Assembly (NCBI GenBank): GCA_028534125.1
Contig: CM052817.1
Location: 80,292,001-80,356,000 of the forward strand
Source of the DNA: Lama glama
Lineage: Eukaryota
Length of the DNA stretch: 64,000 nucleotides
Direction: 5' to 3'
Below, in pieces: positions 12,101-25,100 of this stretch; position 1 is the stretch's first letter, and every line of letters begins with the position of its first letter. The translations under genes were made by a program, and so were the position numbers. Below the pieces are notes generated by a model that had not been told where the DNA came from, searched no databases, and saw only the letters and a list, made by a program, of their open reading frames with translations.

Positions 12101-14434
12101 TGTTGTTGTTGTTGAGAGGTGATTAGGCTAGTTTGTTTGTTTATTCCTTTAGTGGAGGTAACTGGGGATTGAACCCAGGATCTTGTGTATGCTAAGCACG
12201 CACTCTATCACTGAGCTATACCCTGCGCCTCTTTTCTTTTTGTTCTCTTCTCTTGTAGTTTGGTGACTACAGAGTTACATTTGGGTTCCTCTTCTTTTTT
12301 TGTGTGTATATCTATTATAGATTTTTGGTTTGCAGTTATGGGGGTGTGTGTGATTGTTTTAAGTTGCTGTCTTAATTTCAAATGCATTTTAGATACCCTG
12401 CAATTTGTACCCTCCTCCCCTCACAATTACTTTTCTTGTTTTTAGTTGTGGCCTTTTCTTTTTTACCTGGAGATGTCCCTTTAACATTCGTTGTAAAGCT
12501 GGTTTGGTGGTGCTGAATTCTTTTAGCTTTTGCTTACCTGTGAAGCTTTTGATTTCTCCATCAAATCTGAATGAGAGCCTTGCTGGGTAGGGTATTCTTG
12601 GTTGTAGGTTTCTCCCTCTCATCACTTTAAATATATCATGCCATTTCCTTCTGGCCTATAGAGTTTCTGCTGAAAAATCAGTGGATAACTTTATGGAGTT
12701 CCCTTGTATGTTATTTGTTGGTTTTCTCTTGCTAATTTTAGTGCTTTATCCTTATCTTTAATTTTTTTCAATTTGATTACTATGTGCCTCAGTGTATTCC
12801 TCTTTGAGTTAATCCTGTGTGGGACTTTCTACACTTCCTGAACTTGGGTGACTGTTTCCTTCCCCAGGTTAGAGACATTTTCAGCTGTAATCTCTTCAAA
12901 ATTACAGAGGTCCTTTTCTCTCTCTTTGCTTTCTGGGACCTCTGTAATTAGTGTGCTTCATGTTGTCTCAGAGTTCTCTTAAACTATCCTTATTCCTTTT
13001 CATTCTTTTTCTTTTTTTCTGTTCATCGATAGTGATTTTCACTGCTCTGTCTTGTAGCTCACTGATCCGTTCTTCTGCCTCATTTAATCTGTCTTGGTTC
13101 CTTCTAGTGTATTAGTCATTTTGGTAATTGTATTCTTCAACTGTTTTGGGGTATTCTTTATATTTCCAACTCTTTGCTAAAAACTGTGCTCTGTACATCT
13201 ATTCTCCTCCCAAGTTTTCTGATCATCTTCACAGTTATTACTCTAAAGTCTTTCTGAGGTAGATTGCCTATCTTTTCATCACTTATCTCATCTTCCAGGA
13301 TTTTATCTTGTACCTTTGCCTGGAACATATTCTTCTGGTGCCTCATTTTCTCTAAATTCCTCTTTGTATTTTTTATGTAGGTTAGTTAAGTTTCTTGACC
13401 TTGGAGAAATGGCCCTCTGTATGAGGTGTCCTGTGTGTCCCAGCAGTGCATTCCCCTCTTGTCGCCCAAGGGCTAGGGTCCAGCTGGTCCTAGTGTAGAG
13501 CCTGGCCTGCATTTGCAGACTCCTTCCACAGGCTGTTGGATTGCTGTTTTCTTCTGATATCTGTCCACTGGTGGGTGAGGCTCAACTAGAGGCTTGTGCA
13601 GGTTTCCTGGCAGAAAGAGTTGGCGCCTGCCCGCTGCTGGGTAGAGCTTGGTCCTGGCCCCCTGGTGGACAAAGTAGTGTCTAGGGGCATGTCTAGAGGC
13701 AGCTATGGGCTCAGGAAGTCTTCCAATGGGTGGGGCTGCATTCCTACACAGTATGTTGTTTGGCCTAAGGCTTCCCAGCACTTAAGATGGAGCTAGGTCT
13801 TGGCGCAGTTGACCCAAGCAAGATGTCAGCCTCCAGGAAGGTTCATGTACATGAATACTCCCTGAATGTCCACCACTAACTTTTACATCCCTAGGGTAAG
13901 CCACAGCTGCCCTCTACTTCCCCAGGAGACCTTCCAAAACCAGCAGGAAAGTCTGACCCAGGTTCCTATGGAATCACTGCCTCTACCCTTGGTCCTGGTG
14001 CAGACAAGATTCTGTGTATGCTTCCCAAGAGAGTGAAGTCTCTATTTCCCCAGTTCCCGTGGAGCTCCTGCAGTTAAGCCCCACTGGCCTTCGAAACCAG
14101 ATATTCAGGGGTCTCCGTCTCCCAGTGCCAGGATCCTAATCTGGGGAGCCTGATGTAGGGTTCGGACCCTCACTTCTATGGGAGAGACTGCAGTTTAGTC
14201 TCCAGCTTATGGGTCACCTACCAGTGAGGGTATGGGGCCCGATTATATCGCAAGCACACCCTTCTTACTGTCCTGCTGTGGTTCCCTCTTTATGTTTGCA
14301 GTTGAAGAAGATCTTTTTTTGCTAGGTTCCAATCTTCTTTTCAATGGTTGTTTAGTACTCAGTTGTGGTTTTGTTGTAGTCATGAGAGGAGGGGAGCTTG
14401 TGGTCCTACTACTCCTCCATCTTGACCAGAAATC
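9166..14434 (-). mobile_element. LINE-1 with both termini (5' UTR, decayed ORF1, ORF2 endonuclease and C-terminus, 3' UTR), internally deleted, TSD-flanked
   Basis: Minus-strand 5' end GATTTCTGGTCAAGATGG (YY1-like); ORF1 pieces MRHQKNMFQ (from 13346) and LQPRIPYPARLSFRFDGEIKSFT; endonuclease GWKKIFHANGNQKKAG (11576-11878); C-terminus MFTAALFTIAKT (9533-9745); TSD CATATGGTGGCTTTT (9151-9165) / CATATGGTGACTCTT (14435-14449). Many stops and frameshifts. Confidence 0.93.
12078..12228 (-). mobile_element. tRNA-Ala-derived SINE (camelid Vic-1 type) nested in the L1 inter-ORF region
   Basis: Minus strand GGGTATAGCTCAGTGATAGAGTGCGTGCTTAGCATACACAAGATCCTGGGTTCAATCCCCAGTTACCTCCA (tRNA-Ala-AGC-like with A and B boxes), then a short body with CCTAATCACC and an A-rich tail. 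Confidence 0.85.
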
Positions 14435-16532
14435 CATATGGTGACTCTTAACCAAGCTGACAAAGTAAAAGAAAAGCATGAATACTTTACACACTTCTCT
14501 CATCACTAAGGCAGTATGCCAGTTAGTCAAATAAAAAATAAATATGTCAAACCAATTTGTTTTATGTAGAGAAGACATGATCTAAGATACTCCCTTTTCT
14601 CACAGTTATTTGCTGTCCTGAGAACCCAATCTGAATCATGTTGAAGCTAATTTATAAGATATACAGCAAAATTTATCACAAATATGAAGCTCCATAAGGT
14701 CAGTGTTATGAATTTCAAATTTAGGTTTTTCTAGACTTTCATTAAATCTCAGATTCAATTAAAAGTTAATACTTTTGGATGGAAGAATCTCAGTAGTAGA
14801 TGTTTCAAAATACAGTGCACATAGAGGGATTATGAGTTTATGTATGTGCAGATATATACAGTTATGTTTTTAAAATCTAGATTACAAAACTGATATAAAA
14901 TTCAAGTTTAACAACATATCTTATTAAGATAAGAATCTTAATCCTTCATGAAAAGCAAAGCAAAACAAAACAAAGCCCGGATAACAGGTTTCTTTTGGTG
15001 GTGATCTACAAGGTATTAGAGAGATGATTTCCCTCTTGTTTTGCTGTCTCTGTGTCCCTCAGTCATCATACATAGACCATCACTCCAATAACTCTTCCTG
15101 TCAGTGTAGGTGGCGACAGCCAGTCTGACCTGAAAAGAAACCAACACTCCTTCCCAACCTGGAAATGTTGGTAATTTATTTCACCACCCTGCACTCCCTG
15201 TAACAACCCCTGTCCTCCCCCACTTCTCACCCCACCTCCCACAAAAAGCAGGCTTTGTTTATTTAAAATAAAGAATACCTCTTTCAGGAATAAGCTGATT
15301 GGATTCTTCAAGTACTAATCGACTTAACAGGGTTTTCCTGAGCATTTCACACAAAAAGAAAAGGCATATTATTTCCTACATTAGCCCATTACTTGTAAAC
15401 TTCAAAGAGTTTCTTATGGTGGATGTTTTAATATGAATTGTTTTACTTGCTGTTTGTTGGTCAGGTATAACTAGATGCAGAGATTGGGTGAGGAAAAGTA
15501 AAATTACTGAAGCATACTTCTGAGACTCCCCAAATTTGTTACTATTTAATAGTATTAGGAACAAAGTCACTATAATTTCCATTCCCAGCCCTATGTGGAG
15601 TGTTAGAAATATTCTTGTCATGGTTTCTTTACTATTTATAGGTTTATAGGATCCATGTTTCTGGCAATCCAAAACTCTCTCTTAAACATAAAACATTGAA
15701 CAAAATGAGTTCAAAAGCTTATTAATACTATTAGGCAAAAATGCTGTCCATTACTTCAAGAAGGTGATGTCATCAGTATTAACAGTGGCACTTGCTTTAA
15801 AAGAATAAGTATCCTACTTCTGTTTTTCATTAGAAATATAAGCAAGAGTACTAGCAAAGTCTTTATTGCAATATCAATCATTTGAAAGAGTTGTCTAAAA
15901 CCATTAGATTTACACACTTTATATTGGCCATGCCTAAGTTTATTATAAGTAGTCAAATACATTTAAAGTAAATATTACATCCCACCAATTCAGTCAATAC
16001 AGCAATTTAAGGGGACATTTGTTCTCTTATTTTAGACAATGTTAGTTCAAATAATATGACTAATTAATGCTTATTATAACTTTTTCCCTACTCATCCCTA
16101 ATACTCATTTCTCTTACTTCTTAAATCCACCCCTTGGTTAAGAGAACATAGACATTTGCATGTAGCAGTTACTGTAAAGATAAATAAGATGAAAAAGGAA
16201 ATATATATTAAATTCATTAGGCTCATTTACTATGCTCACTAGTTTCACTCTAATTTATTTTTTATAAGTGTATATACTTTACTTTCATGGATGTATTAAG
16301 AAGCAGATGTTAACTTAACTTTCAAAGTGTTAACTCTGTTAAGAGTTTTTGAATGCTGAATTGCAAATTTTATTTAAATAAGGTTAACAATAGAAACTCT
16401 AGGATCTTGAAGCCTCCCCACATTAAGAGGATAATAGAAACCAAGTTGAAGGTATCCAGCAGCTCAGAGTCTCCTCCCTACATCATGGGCCCAGTTTGCT
16501 TGGCGTTGTGGTGTATATGTGTCTCTCTGTAT

Positions 16533-16565
16533 GTCTATGTATGTATGTATGTATGTATGTATACA
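16533..16565. repeat. (TATG)n microsatellite
   Basis: tatgtatgtatgtatgtatgtatgtata. Confidence 0.9.
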
Positions 16566-19500
16566 TTTGTTTTGCTACAGTGTTCTGCTCTCCTTTGGGT
16601 CTGTGCCTCCCTGGCTGTATTTATGCTTCTGAATTTCTGTCTTAGTTAGACATCATTAATTGAAGCTAGGAGTTTACACAACACTAAAAATCACCACAAA
16701 GTAGGATCTTTAAAAGCCACAACAGCCTCCTAGGACTTCCTAGGACTGGGTCATTTCTCCCACCTGAGATTGGTATGTGATAAAATTGACTTGCATTTTA
16801 AAATTTATTTGCTGTTACTTATTATAAAATAAGACCGGGGTGGGAGAAGGTGGCAGATTAGGGGATGTGTTGACATTTGTGGGGATTAGATCTAGTACAT
16901 GAGGGATGAACTGGAATTCTGGGACAGACTGGTAGTCTGTCATAATAACATAGTTGAAGGGCAACGTGGAATTTGTACTGGTAGATTTAAGACAGATTTT
17001 AGGCGTGTTACTGTGAATGGTGGGAGAAGGGAAGGTATTTGGGGTTCCCTTTTGAACCCATTTATGAAAGCTTAATGATAGAAGGAGGTGCAGCTCAGCC
17101 CCAGTATACAGAGCTCACGCTTAACTTCTCCGGAGGAGGGTGGATACCTCCATGTCAGGACTACTCTTCTTATAGGTCAGGGCTGCTCCTTGACACCTGT
17201 AGGCTGAGACATTCTGGGTAGTAGTAGATGACGGGTATATAGGTGGAGATATCGGATCTGGTTAGGTATATGAGACAGATACAAATTCTGATCTCTCCCG
17301 ACATCAAATATGAAATATTGTTAATGTTTATATTATACAAAAGGACTTTTAAACAAACTGAACTTGGAGAATTTAGATGACCCACAGAGTCCAGTAATTT
17401 TCAGAATCAGTGATAACACATTGTTTTGAATTTATGAAAGGAATTACAGTGGTAATATAAGAGACAAATATAGCTCTAAATAGATAATGTCACATTAGTT
17501 TTTCTAGATTAAAAATGTAAATTTGTCATACTATAAGCACTAGCTGTAATAAATTTTGGAATCTTCTCAATGATATACCCAGATTTCTAATGTTTTATCT
17601 GTTGTCTTTCCTACAAATCCAAGGCTACTTATAGATCTGCTAATCCTTACAACAGAGTGTATAAAATGTCTGCCTTTATGTGGTCCTTTCTTTGCATAGA
17701 ATAGTTACCTGAACCAGGGTCTGACCTTCTTCTGGACTAACACATCCATTTAATGTGGTTTCAAGGGAGTGAAAAGTATTTTTAGATTCCTTAGAACTGC
17801 TTTTGTTAATCCTCTTCTTACATCTCTCTCCTCTCTCTCATATGTAGAACAAGACCTTAATTTTTCTGTTTTCCAAATTTTGAAGTGAGAGATATGCAGC
17901 AGTTCACATGCTATGATTACTTCAGAGATGAACTTAAATTCACAGGGCTGTAGTATTCACCAACCCTAAATAAAATGAGTAAGTAAAACACCAACACCGA
18001 TTATTCTCTTCCAAAGGAAAGTCCACATCCTGTGTATTAATTTATTTTCTAACATAGCCTTTTCAAATGGTGCTGAGAGTTATGAGAGGAGTCACATTTA
18101 TTTTCTGCACTCTTCCTATATTGTACATCATCTTGAAAGTTCAAGGGAGTGTTGTATTCAGAACAACAATCTGCACTGTTGGTCTGTGCGTACTGATAAC
18201 ATACTGTTAACAGAGCTGTGGGTGCTTGAGGGGCTGATGCATATGTAATGTTAAAACATCTCTTTGAAAACTTGTGTTTGCCCACGGTTTCCCAGTTGGG
18301 AATACTCCTGTGCATACTGTGAGCTTGGCTCTTGGTTTTCTCTGCTCATGGTTTGGAGTGCCTCCTCTCACTGTTTGAATTTGGTTGCACTGAAAAAGCA
18401 AGCCTGTTACTTCATTGTAAAAAGAAAGTGCTTGTCCAAGCACGTTGCATGTTGGCAGTTCAGAGGCTGCTCTTTTGCTGTCTGGAACTTGGACAACTTT
18501 TTAACCTCTCCAAGGCAAGGTAGCTGTGACAAGGTGTCAGTTACTTTCTAAAAAGTAAATAAATCACAGGCTTCAAGTTTCAGTGTAATAATAAAGATCC
18601 AGTGTCCTCATATGAGTTTCTCATTTCTTGATTTTGAATCTTATTTTTTGCAGTGAATGCTCCACGTTCAAAGTAAAACTTTAAAAAAGCACTTTTAAAA
18701 AACTTTGAAAAAGTTAGAGAGCCCTACACCGTGAGAGGAAGATTTTTAAGAATTCGCAATGAAAGAACAATGAGTTAGCTCTGATAAAATGAAGAACCAA
18801 AAATATTAAAGATATATTTGAAATTTAATCTTTCTTTGCCTATTTTCTTCATCAAATCAGGAAATACCAGGATAGCAGAAGTGTGTATTGAGAGAGTGAC
18901 TTTAAATGTTTAAAATATTTTGTAAGCCAGTTAATCACTTGCTGTTAGTTCCCCTAAGACTTACAGTTTTCCATGAGTAATTCTAAACTTACTCTATAGA
19001 ACAGTACTTAGAAATTGACAGATACAGAATAGAAGTCTTTATGGTTTAACTCTGTTGATTGCTAATATCAGTCTACATTTGCCAGGTTCCACTCCAAAAC
19101 CATAAATTGTACTTTTTTAGAAAGGCAATAAAAACAATCATTCATTATATAAAGAGACTGTCTGGTTTATAACAAAATGGTCTGCAAATATATGAAGCTT
19201 GAATTTGCTGATTTTTACCAAGCTTCTTCAAGTATGTGTTGTAGAGGAAGTGGATCTTGCTGAGCAAAAATTTTGTGCCAGTTTTAGTCTCATTTGTTCT
19301 TATAACCTCCAAAACTATTGGTAGAGTTAATCCTGAGTTACAAATTATCTAAAAAGAATGAATAAGAATATATTATATAATAATAATAACAACAACAACA
19401 ACATGCATAAATTAGATGAAAGTAAAAAGGACTTTTACAGCTGATTGAACATCCATTAGGATTGCTAAAACCTTTTCCAGAGAGAAGTGATATAAATGAC

Positions 19501-19687
19501 TGGTTGCCAGAGTTACTAGTGCTTTATTTCATTTCTACTTAGCACATCTTCAAATTTATTTTTAGTATATCTTGCTTTTAGTAAAATTTTATGCTAAGTT
19601 AATATTCTGGAGATGATATTATGTCAGGATGCCGTATTGCATTTTGTTTTTCACTGTTTAAGAAAGATATGCTAATAATACTTCAGA

Positions 19688-19900
19688 GCATTGGTCTCTA
19701 AACTTTTTTATTGTATGTTCCTATGAATACTTTTTAGTATCAACCACCGATATATGCTTATTTATTCATAAATATATACAGCTATAGATATATATTATAC
19801 AGCATATTAAAAACATATAAACATGGAAATTTTAAAAGATGAGATTTTTGTCTTAAATATCTATTCTAATATCTTAATTTTATACCCAGTGCATCGTTTT
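19688..19900 (+). mobile_element. MER112-like hAT-Charlie relic
   Basis: CATTGGTCTCTAAACTTTTTTATTG start and AT-rich interior; a related inverted copy lies near 39100-39325. Confidence 0.5.
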
Positions 19901-19914
19901 TCTCTTTCCTCTTG

Positions 19915-21700
19915 TTTTTTAACTTTTTATTAACGTAATTACAGACTCATAGAAAATTGTAAAAAAAAAAAAAAGTAGTACATAGAATCCCTTGAACTTT
20001 TCATCCACCTCCCTTGAATGGTGACATTTTATATAACTGTAGAACAGTATTAAACTAGGAAATTGTCATGGGTATAATACTGTTAATTAGACTACAGACC
20101 TTATTTAGTCTTAACCAGTTTTTACATGCATTCATTTGCGTTTGTGCACATGCCTGTGTATACTTGCATGTGGTGTGTGTGTGTGTAATTCAGCGCTGTT
20201 TGATCCTATTTATAGATTCATGGAATCACTACTACAATTAAGATTCGGCATTGTATCTTGGATTACCACCAAGAATTCTCTTGTAAACTCCTTTATAGTT
20301 GAATCCCCTCACTTCCCTTCATCTCTGTCCTTGGAAACCACAAGTATGTGTCCATCTGCCCAGTTTTGTCATTTCAGAAATGCCATATAACTGCAGTCAT
20401 ACAGTAAATATGTAAACATTTGAGATTGGCTTTTACCAGTAAGCTTTATTTTCTTGAGATCCATCCTAGCTATATGTGTCAGTGGTTGTAACATTTTTAT
20501 TGCTGAGTAGTGTTCCACATATGGATACATCCAAGTTTGTTTAACCGTTCACTTATCTAGGAATGTTTAGTTTATTTCCAGTTTGGGGCTCTTACGAATA
20601 AAGCTGCTGTGAACATCCATGTAAAGATTTTTGTGTGAACAGAAGTTTTCATTTCCTTGGAATAAATGCCCATGTGCAATTTCTGGGCCACATGGTATAT
20701 TAGTTTCCTATTGTTGCTGTAAGAAATTACTACAAGACTAGCAACTTAAATAACACAAATGTATTATCTTACAGTTCTGTAGGTTAGAAGTCCAATATGG
20801 ATCTCGCTGGGCTAAAATCAAGGTGATGGCAGGGCTGCATTTCTTTTTGGAGGTTCTAGGGGAGAATTTGTTTCCTTGCCTTTACTAGTTCCTCCCAATG
20901 TTCCTTGCCTAGTGACCCCTTCCTCCATCTTCAAAGCCTGCAAAGTTGCATCTCTCTGCCTTTCTTCCATAGTCACGTCCTCCTCTGACCAATTCTCTTT
21001 TGCCTCTGTCTTCCATTTTTAATCCTTATGTGATGTTATGTGATATAATTCTTTGATCCACTGTCCAGTCAGGATTATCCAAGATGATCTCCTATTTTTA
21101 ATCAACTGATAAGCAACCTTAATTCAATTTGTAACCTTAATTTCTCTTTGCTAGGTAAGGTAACATATTCTCAGGTTCCAGAGGTTAGGATGTAGACATC
21201 TTTGGATTAGCAGAGCAGGGTGTGCACTGTTCTGCCTACTGCATGTGATCTATTTTTTAAAACTAATGCATTATTTTCCAGAGTGGTGATACCATTTTGT
21301 GTTCCCACCAGTAAATATGATAATTCAAGTTTTCTACATCCTTGCTGGCATTTGGTATTCTGATAAGTGTGTAGTGATTTATCAAAGTTTTAATTTGTGT
21401 TTCCCTAATGGTTTTAATTTTAGTTTTAATTTGCATTTCCCTAATGGTTAATGGTATTGAACTTTTTTTCCATGTGCTTATTTGCCCTTAATATCTCTTT
21501 TGTGAAATGTCTGTTCATGTTTTTTGCCCATTTTCCACTTGGATTCTTTCTTATTTCACTCTTATATTTTGAGAGTTGTTTCTATATTCTAAATACAAGT
21601 TCTTTGTTGGATGTGTGGCTTGCAATATTTTCTCTCTCTGTAAGTTGTCTTTTTATCCTCTTTAACATGTTCTTTTGCTTATGGGAAACTTCATAAGATC
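19915..21700 (-). mobile_element. Old LINE-1 (L1MB/MC-type) 3' region, interrupted by an LTR
   Basis: Antisense L1 motifs (ttgctgagtagtgttcc, aataaagctgctgtgaacatcc, ttttccagagtggt, ttaatttgcatttccctaatg). Confidence 0.8.
20696..21243 (-). mobile_element. MaLR solo LTR (MLT1D-like)
   Basis: TATTAGTTTCCTATTGTTGCTGTAAGAAATTAC...GGGCTAAAATCAAGGTG...GGTAACATATTCTCAGGTTCC...CTGCCTACTGCA matches recalled MLT1D antisense. Confidence 0.85.
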
Positions 21701-24343
21701 TAATCTTTTGCCTCGAGTGATGCCATTTGCTACAATTATGAATATTTCATTGGGTTTTAAAGAAAACATTTACATGTCATAGTAATTATTACTTAATGCT
21801 ATACTTCTGGTAATACTTTGTGTTAATTTGGAGGCATTTAGAGTTGGACCCAATAATATGCTAGGACTGCTCTTACCAGTTTGCAAGAGCTGCTAGAAAT
21901 TTTTTCATAAATGTTACAAATCAGTTTTGACACAGTCCGTACCCATGGTGGGGTATGAATATCATGGAAATTGTCAGTTGCTACAAATCAGTGTTTAGAG
22001 ATGAGGTTTGAACCAAGACTATCTTGATTCTGAAGTTCGTAGTCTAATCCACACCACTAAACTATAATACTTATTACTGCCTTATATGCTGGAAAATTTA
22101 AATTCTGAATAAGACAAAATTGATGAAACAAATAAAAATAAAATATCAAAGAAAATACAAAGCAAATATAATCTGGTGCAGAGAGCCCTGACTTATTTGT
22201 TAATGATATGTATCTCAGTGGGTACTAATTTACTTTTTAAGAAAAGAAAAATAACCTAAATTTCTTGATAATTCTTTGCCTAGTTCCAACAATAGTGTGC
22301 TGTTAAATATTTAACACCCACCCCTCAGAAAGAAACAATTTAGTAGCTGTTTGATCCTGGACAATATCATCTTACATACAAAATTGTGGTAGTGATAATA
22401 CATACTTCATAAATTATGAAGCTTGTATAAGATGATGTTTATAAAGCATTTAACAGATAATGACTCAATAAATGTTAACTGTTAAATCACTGTAATTGTC
22501 CTTTACAGGGTAAGCCGAACACTTTTTGTAGTCACAGCAAATTTTACCACATGACATTCAGTAAATTATGTGTGTAACTAAGAACATAGTCACCTCCATA
22601 TGTTAGTGCAGTTGAAAAGATGAATCAACAGACTATTCATGGGAAAAATTCATCTTATCAATATGGCACTGGATATAAAAATATAAAAAATTACAAATAT
22701 ATGAATAGAATAGGATAAATAAAATGAATTCCCCGTTTACTAAGTACCTACTATATGCTGTTGAATACCATTCTTTCCTCTTGAGGGAGAAAGCCCTGAG
22801 AGGTATAAATAAGATACTTTTCTTAGAAAATAAAATTAAAGAGATAAGATGATTTTAAAATTACATGAAGTGAGCTTTTTTTGCAATTAAAATGAAAATG
22901 CCTTGTTGATATTAAAATACTGTGTTAGTATTTGGGCATTCCCTACCGAACACTGAACATCCTAGAAAATGAGATGTCCTACTTGAAGACGCTAACCAGG
23001 AGCCCATTTCCCAAAATCCCCAACCAGTTTCTTAAAACCTATTAAATCCATATAGTGAAATGTCTTTAAAATAACAAATTATGATCTTAGGATGTAAAGT
23101 GCTTAAACCATGCTTCCTGCTGAGCTAACAATCAAATCTAGCTGTGAAGGAACAGTTGCTTAGTGGACACTCAGAGGGCTTTCATAATGTCTACGCATGA
23201 TCTGCTCTTTCCAGCGGTTGTGTTTGGGTTGTAACGTGACACTCCCCCCCTTACATCCTTTTGTTTAAAATGTTATATTAATCTTGAGAAATGTAAGTAT
23301 AAAAAATTTCCAGTATAAACATCAGCTGGAAAATATTGAATTAAGAGACATATATTCCCTGAAGAATGGGTATTAAAAGTAAGAGGCATTCTACCAGGAG
23401 GATGTTAACTATGGAGACTCTCTGCAGGTAGGCCTGTGTTCTGTATTCTGGCTTACTTATTGGATGAAGTGCAGTGTAACTAAACATAAACACCTGGTTA
23501 CTGCTGCATGCTTTAAATATGTACTTATTTAATTCTAATACAACCTTCAATGAGGAAGTGGAGGTTCAAAGACCCAAAATTAATTTCACAAAATCATGTA
23601 ACTCCTCAGTTTCAGAGCTGGGACTCAAATCTACTTCTACAGGTGATATTTAGGAACAGCTATTAGAAAACTTCAAAAGCAGCAGGGAAAACACACTGAA
23701 GTGTCTCAAATGGATTTACCGTCTTGTTTTAGCTTAAATCCCCTTTCCATCCCCTCTCCTCCTACAGGAATTTTTAATCCCTGTTTCCAAATATCATTAT
23801 ATGAAATACAATGTGTAAGTTTTTGCTTTCTAAGTCTGATAGTAGCTGTTTCCCATTATGCTATACAGTTATCCTTGATTGTATATTTTCATTTATCTTT
23901 TAGTAAATATTTTAGGAATCAATATTTGCTGTGAGAGAATTAATAAAATATATTAGGAGGTTTGCTAGAGCTTTTCACTTTGCTTATCTCATGGAATCAA
24001 AGGAAAAATTAGACTTTCTTATTATATTTTATTTACTCAGTAATTCACAAGAAAGTCTACTTCAGTATGGCAGTTGAACTGAGTATATCCTAACTGCTAG
24101 CCTCGTAGAATCACAGGATATTGAAGCAGTGAGTTTTATAATATATGTTAGAGAAAAATAAATGAATTAATGAGGAAGAGAATCATGAAGGAAAAGATGA
24201 AGCATTCTGGAGAATTCTGTTGAAACTTAGCTGCTAGATCATTTTTGTATCACATGTTCTAGGTAAAAGCAATGTGGTACTTGCTCAACTGTTAAGTCAC
24301 AGTTTGGCCATTCTGTTTCCTGAGTAGCACTCAAATTATTTTA

Positions 24344-25100
24344 GATTGTGTTTCCATATACCAGCAGCAAACAATCAGAAAATGAAATTGAGTAAATAAT
24401 TCCACTTATAATAGCATCCAAAAGAATAAAATACTTACTAATATATTTACTCAAAGAGGTGAAATACTTGTACTACAAACTACAAAACTTTCTTAAAAGA
24501 AGTTAAAGAAGGCCTAAATAAATGGAAAGATATCCTGTGTTCATGACTGAAAGACTTAATATTGTTAAGATGTTGATGCCACCCAAACTAATCTACAGGT
24601 TTTGTATAATCCCTATCAAAATTCCACAGTATTTTTTTTTACAGAAGTGAAAAAATTGATCCTCAGATTCATATGGAATGCAAAACAGTATTGAAAAAGA
24701 AGAACCAGTTAGAGGACTTACACTTTGCTGATTTCAAAACTCACTGCAAAGCTACTGTAATTAAAATATATGGTACTAGCATAAAAGTATATTATATGTA
24801 GACCAATAGAATAGGATTGAGAGTCTGGAAATAAATCCACGACTATATAGCCAGTTGAATTTTGGCAAGGTGGTCAAGGCTGTTTGGTAGGGAAATTATA
24901 AACTTTCCAAACTGGATTTCCACATGCAAAGAATGAAGATGGACCCCTACTTCACTGTATACAAAAATTAACTCAAAATTGATCAGTGATCTAAGTATAA
25001 TAGCTAAAATCATAAAACTCTTAGAAAAAACTTGGGAATAAATCTTAATGAATTCGGATTTGGCAGTGGTTTCTTGGGTATGAAACCAAAAGTGTCAGGA
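24344..25100 (+). mobile_element. Old LINE-1 ORF2 fragment (sense)
   Basis: ctaaataaatggaaagatatcctgtgttcatg (LNKWKDILCS), ggacccctacttcac, tacaaaaattaactcaaa. Confidence 0.85.

Noticed and set aside
12153..12224. Possible tRNA-Ala gene (also about 52645-52713)
   Set aside because: Stem mismatches, attached SINE body and tail, and nesting in L1 indicate SINE heads.
11576..13346. L1 ORF1 and endonuclease ORFs as functional or domesticated genes
   Set aside because: Fragmented by stops and frameshifts; no intact ORF1 or ORF2.
14243..14578. 111-aa minus-strand ORF entering the L1 5' UTR
   Set aside because: Chimeric flank plus UTR frame with no recognisable domain or splice support.
16400..17330. 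Possible CR1/L3 relic or processed pseudogene
   Set aside because: Only faint resemblance; no convincing reading frame, tail or TSD.
21870..22330. Possible MER63-like hAT fragments
   Set aside because: Similarity to the recalled consensus too weak to call.
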